Below the pieces are notes generated by a model. That model saw only the letters and a list, made by a program, of their open reading frames with translations, was not told the DNA's origin and made no database searches. This document shows, in pieces, positions 62,560 to 64,000 of a DNA stretch of 64,000 nt. The DNA is from the human T2T-CHM13v2.0 reference genome, Homo sapiens: assembly GCF_009914755.1 (NCBI RefSeq), contig NC_060942.1; one strand, written 5' to 3'. The position numbers were made by a program, and so were the translations under genes. Position 1 is the first letter of the stretch. Each line of letters starts with the position of its first letter.

Positions 62560-63500
62560 CTCCAGCTGCTGCTCTGCTGCCTGCCTCCTTGACAGTCAAA
62601 CTGGAGCCATGTTTCTGTTCCTCCTTCTTCACCTCTCAGGCTCCCTCAATTCTCGCCAATATGGCTTCTGCCCCATGCCCCACAAAACTGTTCTTGCAGA
62701 GATGACTAATGGCCTCCCTATAGAGAAGCTGCAGGACACACACCCAGGCCTCATCTCACTTGAAATCTCAGCTGCATTGAACAAAATGGACGACTCCCTT
62801 TGCCCCTGAAACTAAGGCCCACAGTTCCCCTCCTCCTCTCCGGCCACTTGTAGTTCTATGCCGGCAACACTTTTTTTGCTTTGCCTCCACAGATTCCAGT
62901 TTCTTGAGGCCCTCTTCTCTTCTGTCACTGTAATTTCTTTCTAAGCAAAACAATCTGCCCCAATAGCTTCAATTATCATCTGTAAACTGATGAAATTCCA
63001 AATTTAGTCCTCCAGCCCACACCTTTGCCAAACCTGTGTATCTACCTGCTTATCCAACATTTCCACCTAGTCACACCATAAGCCCCTCAAGCCCAATGCT
63101 TCTAAAGCAGACCCATCACAGCCTCTTGTACTCCCCTGCAGTGGCCTCTGTTTCCACACACAGCACTAGCATGTCAATATCTACTTCTGTTCACCCACTA
63201 CTGCCATCCTAGTCCTCAGACACAATGACCTCTCCCCTTGCTCTGATCCCTCTGCAATCCATGGTCCGCATCTCCCCCTCCACTCAAAACCCTTCCATGA
63301 CTGCCCTGCCTATAAGATGAGGCTTGAAACCTTTAAATGGCCTTGGCACTTGCACCTTGAACTCTTCAGCTTTCTCTCCCGCCACTTCCCTATCCTCTCT
63401 AGGCTACAAGCCCGTGAACTTTCTTTTCTAGAATATTCTGGAATGTTCCATGTTCCTTCCTGTATCAGGGCCTTTGCTCATGTACATTTCTGTCTACCAC
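62560..63500 (+). mobile_element. L2 fragment
   Basis: C/T-rich L2 motifs (gcttcaattatcatctgtaaactgatg...ctccagccc; cagggcctttgctcatg). Confidence 0.65.
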
Positions 63501-64000
63501 ATCTCTTAGTCCAAAATCCTTCTCTCTGTTGCTCTCTCTGCACCCCCAGAAGTTAAAACAGAGTAAATCCCAAAGGAAAAGAAGAACCAAGAGAAACTAA
63601 CCGTTGAAGAAAAGTGCCAAGAAAGAAAAACAGGTAAGTTCATCTCCTTTTATTAACTGTACTTTGTCCTCTCAGACCACATTCTTTACATTTAAAATAA
63701 AATGTAACCCAAGGAGGTTGTGCCTAACAGAATACAAATTTCCAAATGATATTAAATAACTTTGAGAATACTGATTTTAATTTCTGCAGTTGTGAATGAT
63801 CAAAAGGACAAATGGGATCCATGACCAAATCCCATAAAAGTAAAAAGTAAAACAGGATTAGTGACAATAGTCACTAATATTTCCTAACAGAGCATGTGCT
63901 ATGTCCTAATAGTAACAGAATTAAACTCAGAAAGTGAGAAGAGGTGATAAACATAAACAATGTCAACAAAACCCTAAGGTGGACGGCTAGACCTACAGAC

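Overview
Primate, most likely human, genomic DNA (Alu-rich). The window lies inside the KCTD1 gene, which is transcribed on the minus strand. Two real coding exons are present, 35096-35274 and 10556-10700. Both have canonical AG/GT boundaries, and together they encode DSRPN plus residues 1-103 of the short KCTD1 isoform (the N-terminus and most of the BTB/POZ T1 domain). They are separated by a 24,395-bp intron. The rest is intronic: about 30 Alu copies or fragments, L1, L2 and MIR relics, solo LTRs (THE1, MLT1, LTR16-like), DNA transposons (MER20, MER3, MER33, MER5, MADE1) and a few repeat-poor stretches. Almost all entries in the ORF track are chance or Alu-derived frames, and I see no new protein-coding system. 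The most interesting candidate is an RNA-level one: the two exons total 324 nt, start and end in phase 0, contain the AUG and are bracketed by oppositely oriented Alu blocks, so back-splicing would give a stop-free circRNA. Other leads are an intragenic CpG-rich patch, a pair of in-frame cryptic exons, a micro duplication-inversion hairpin, an AP-2/p63 motif cluster and several composite Alus. Repeat family calls are by eye and their boundaries are approximate.
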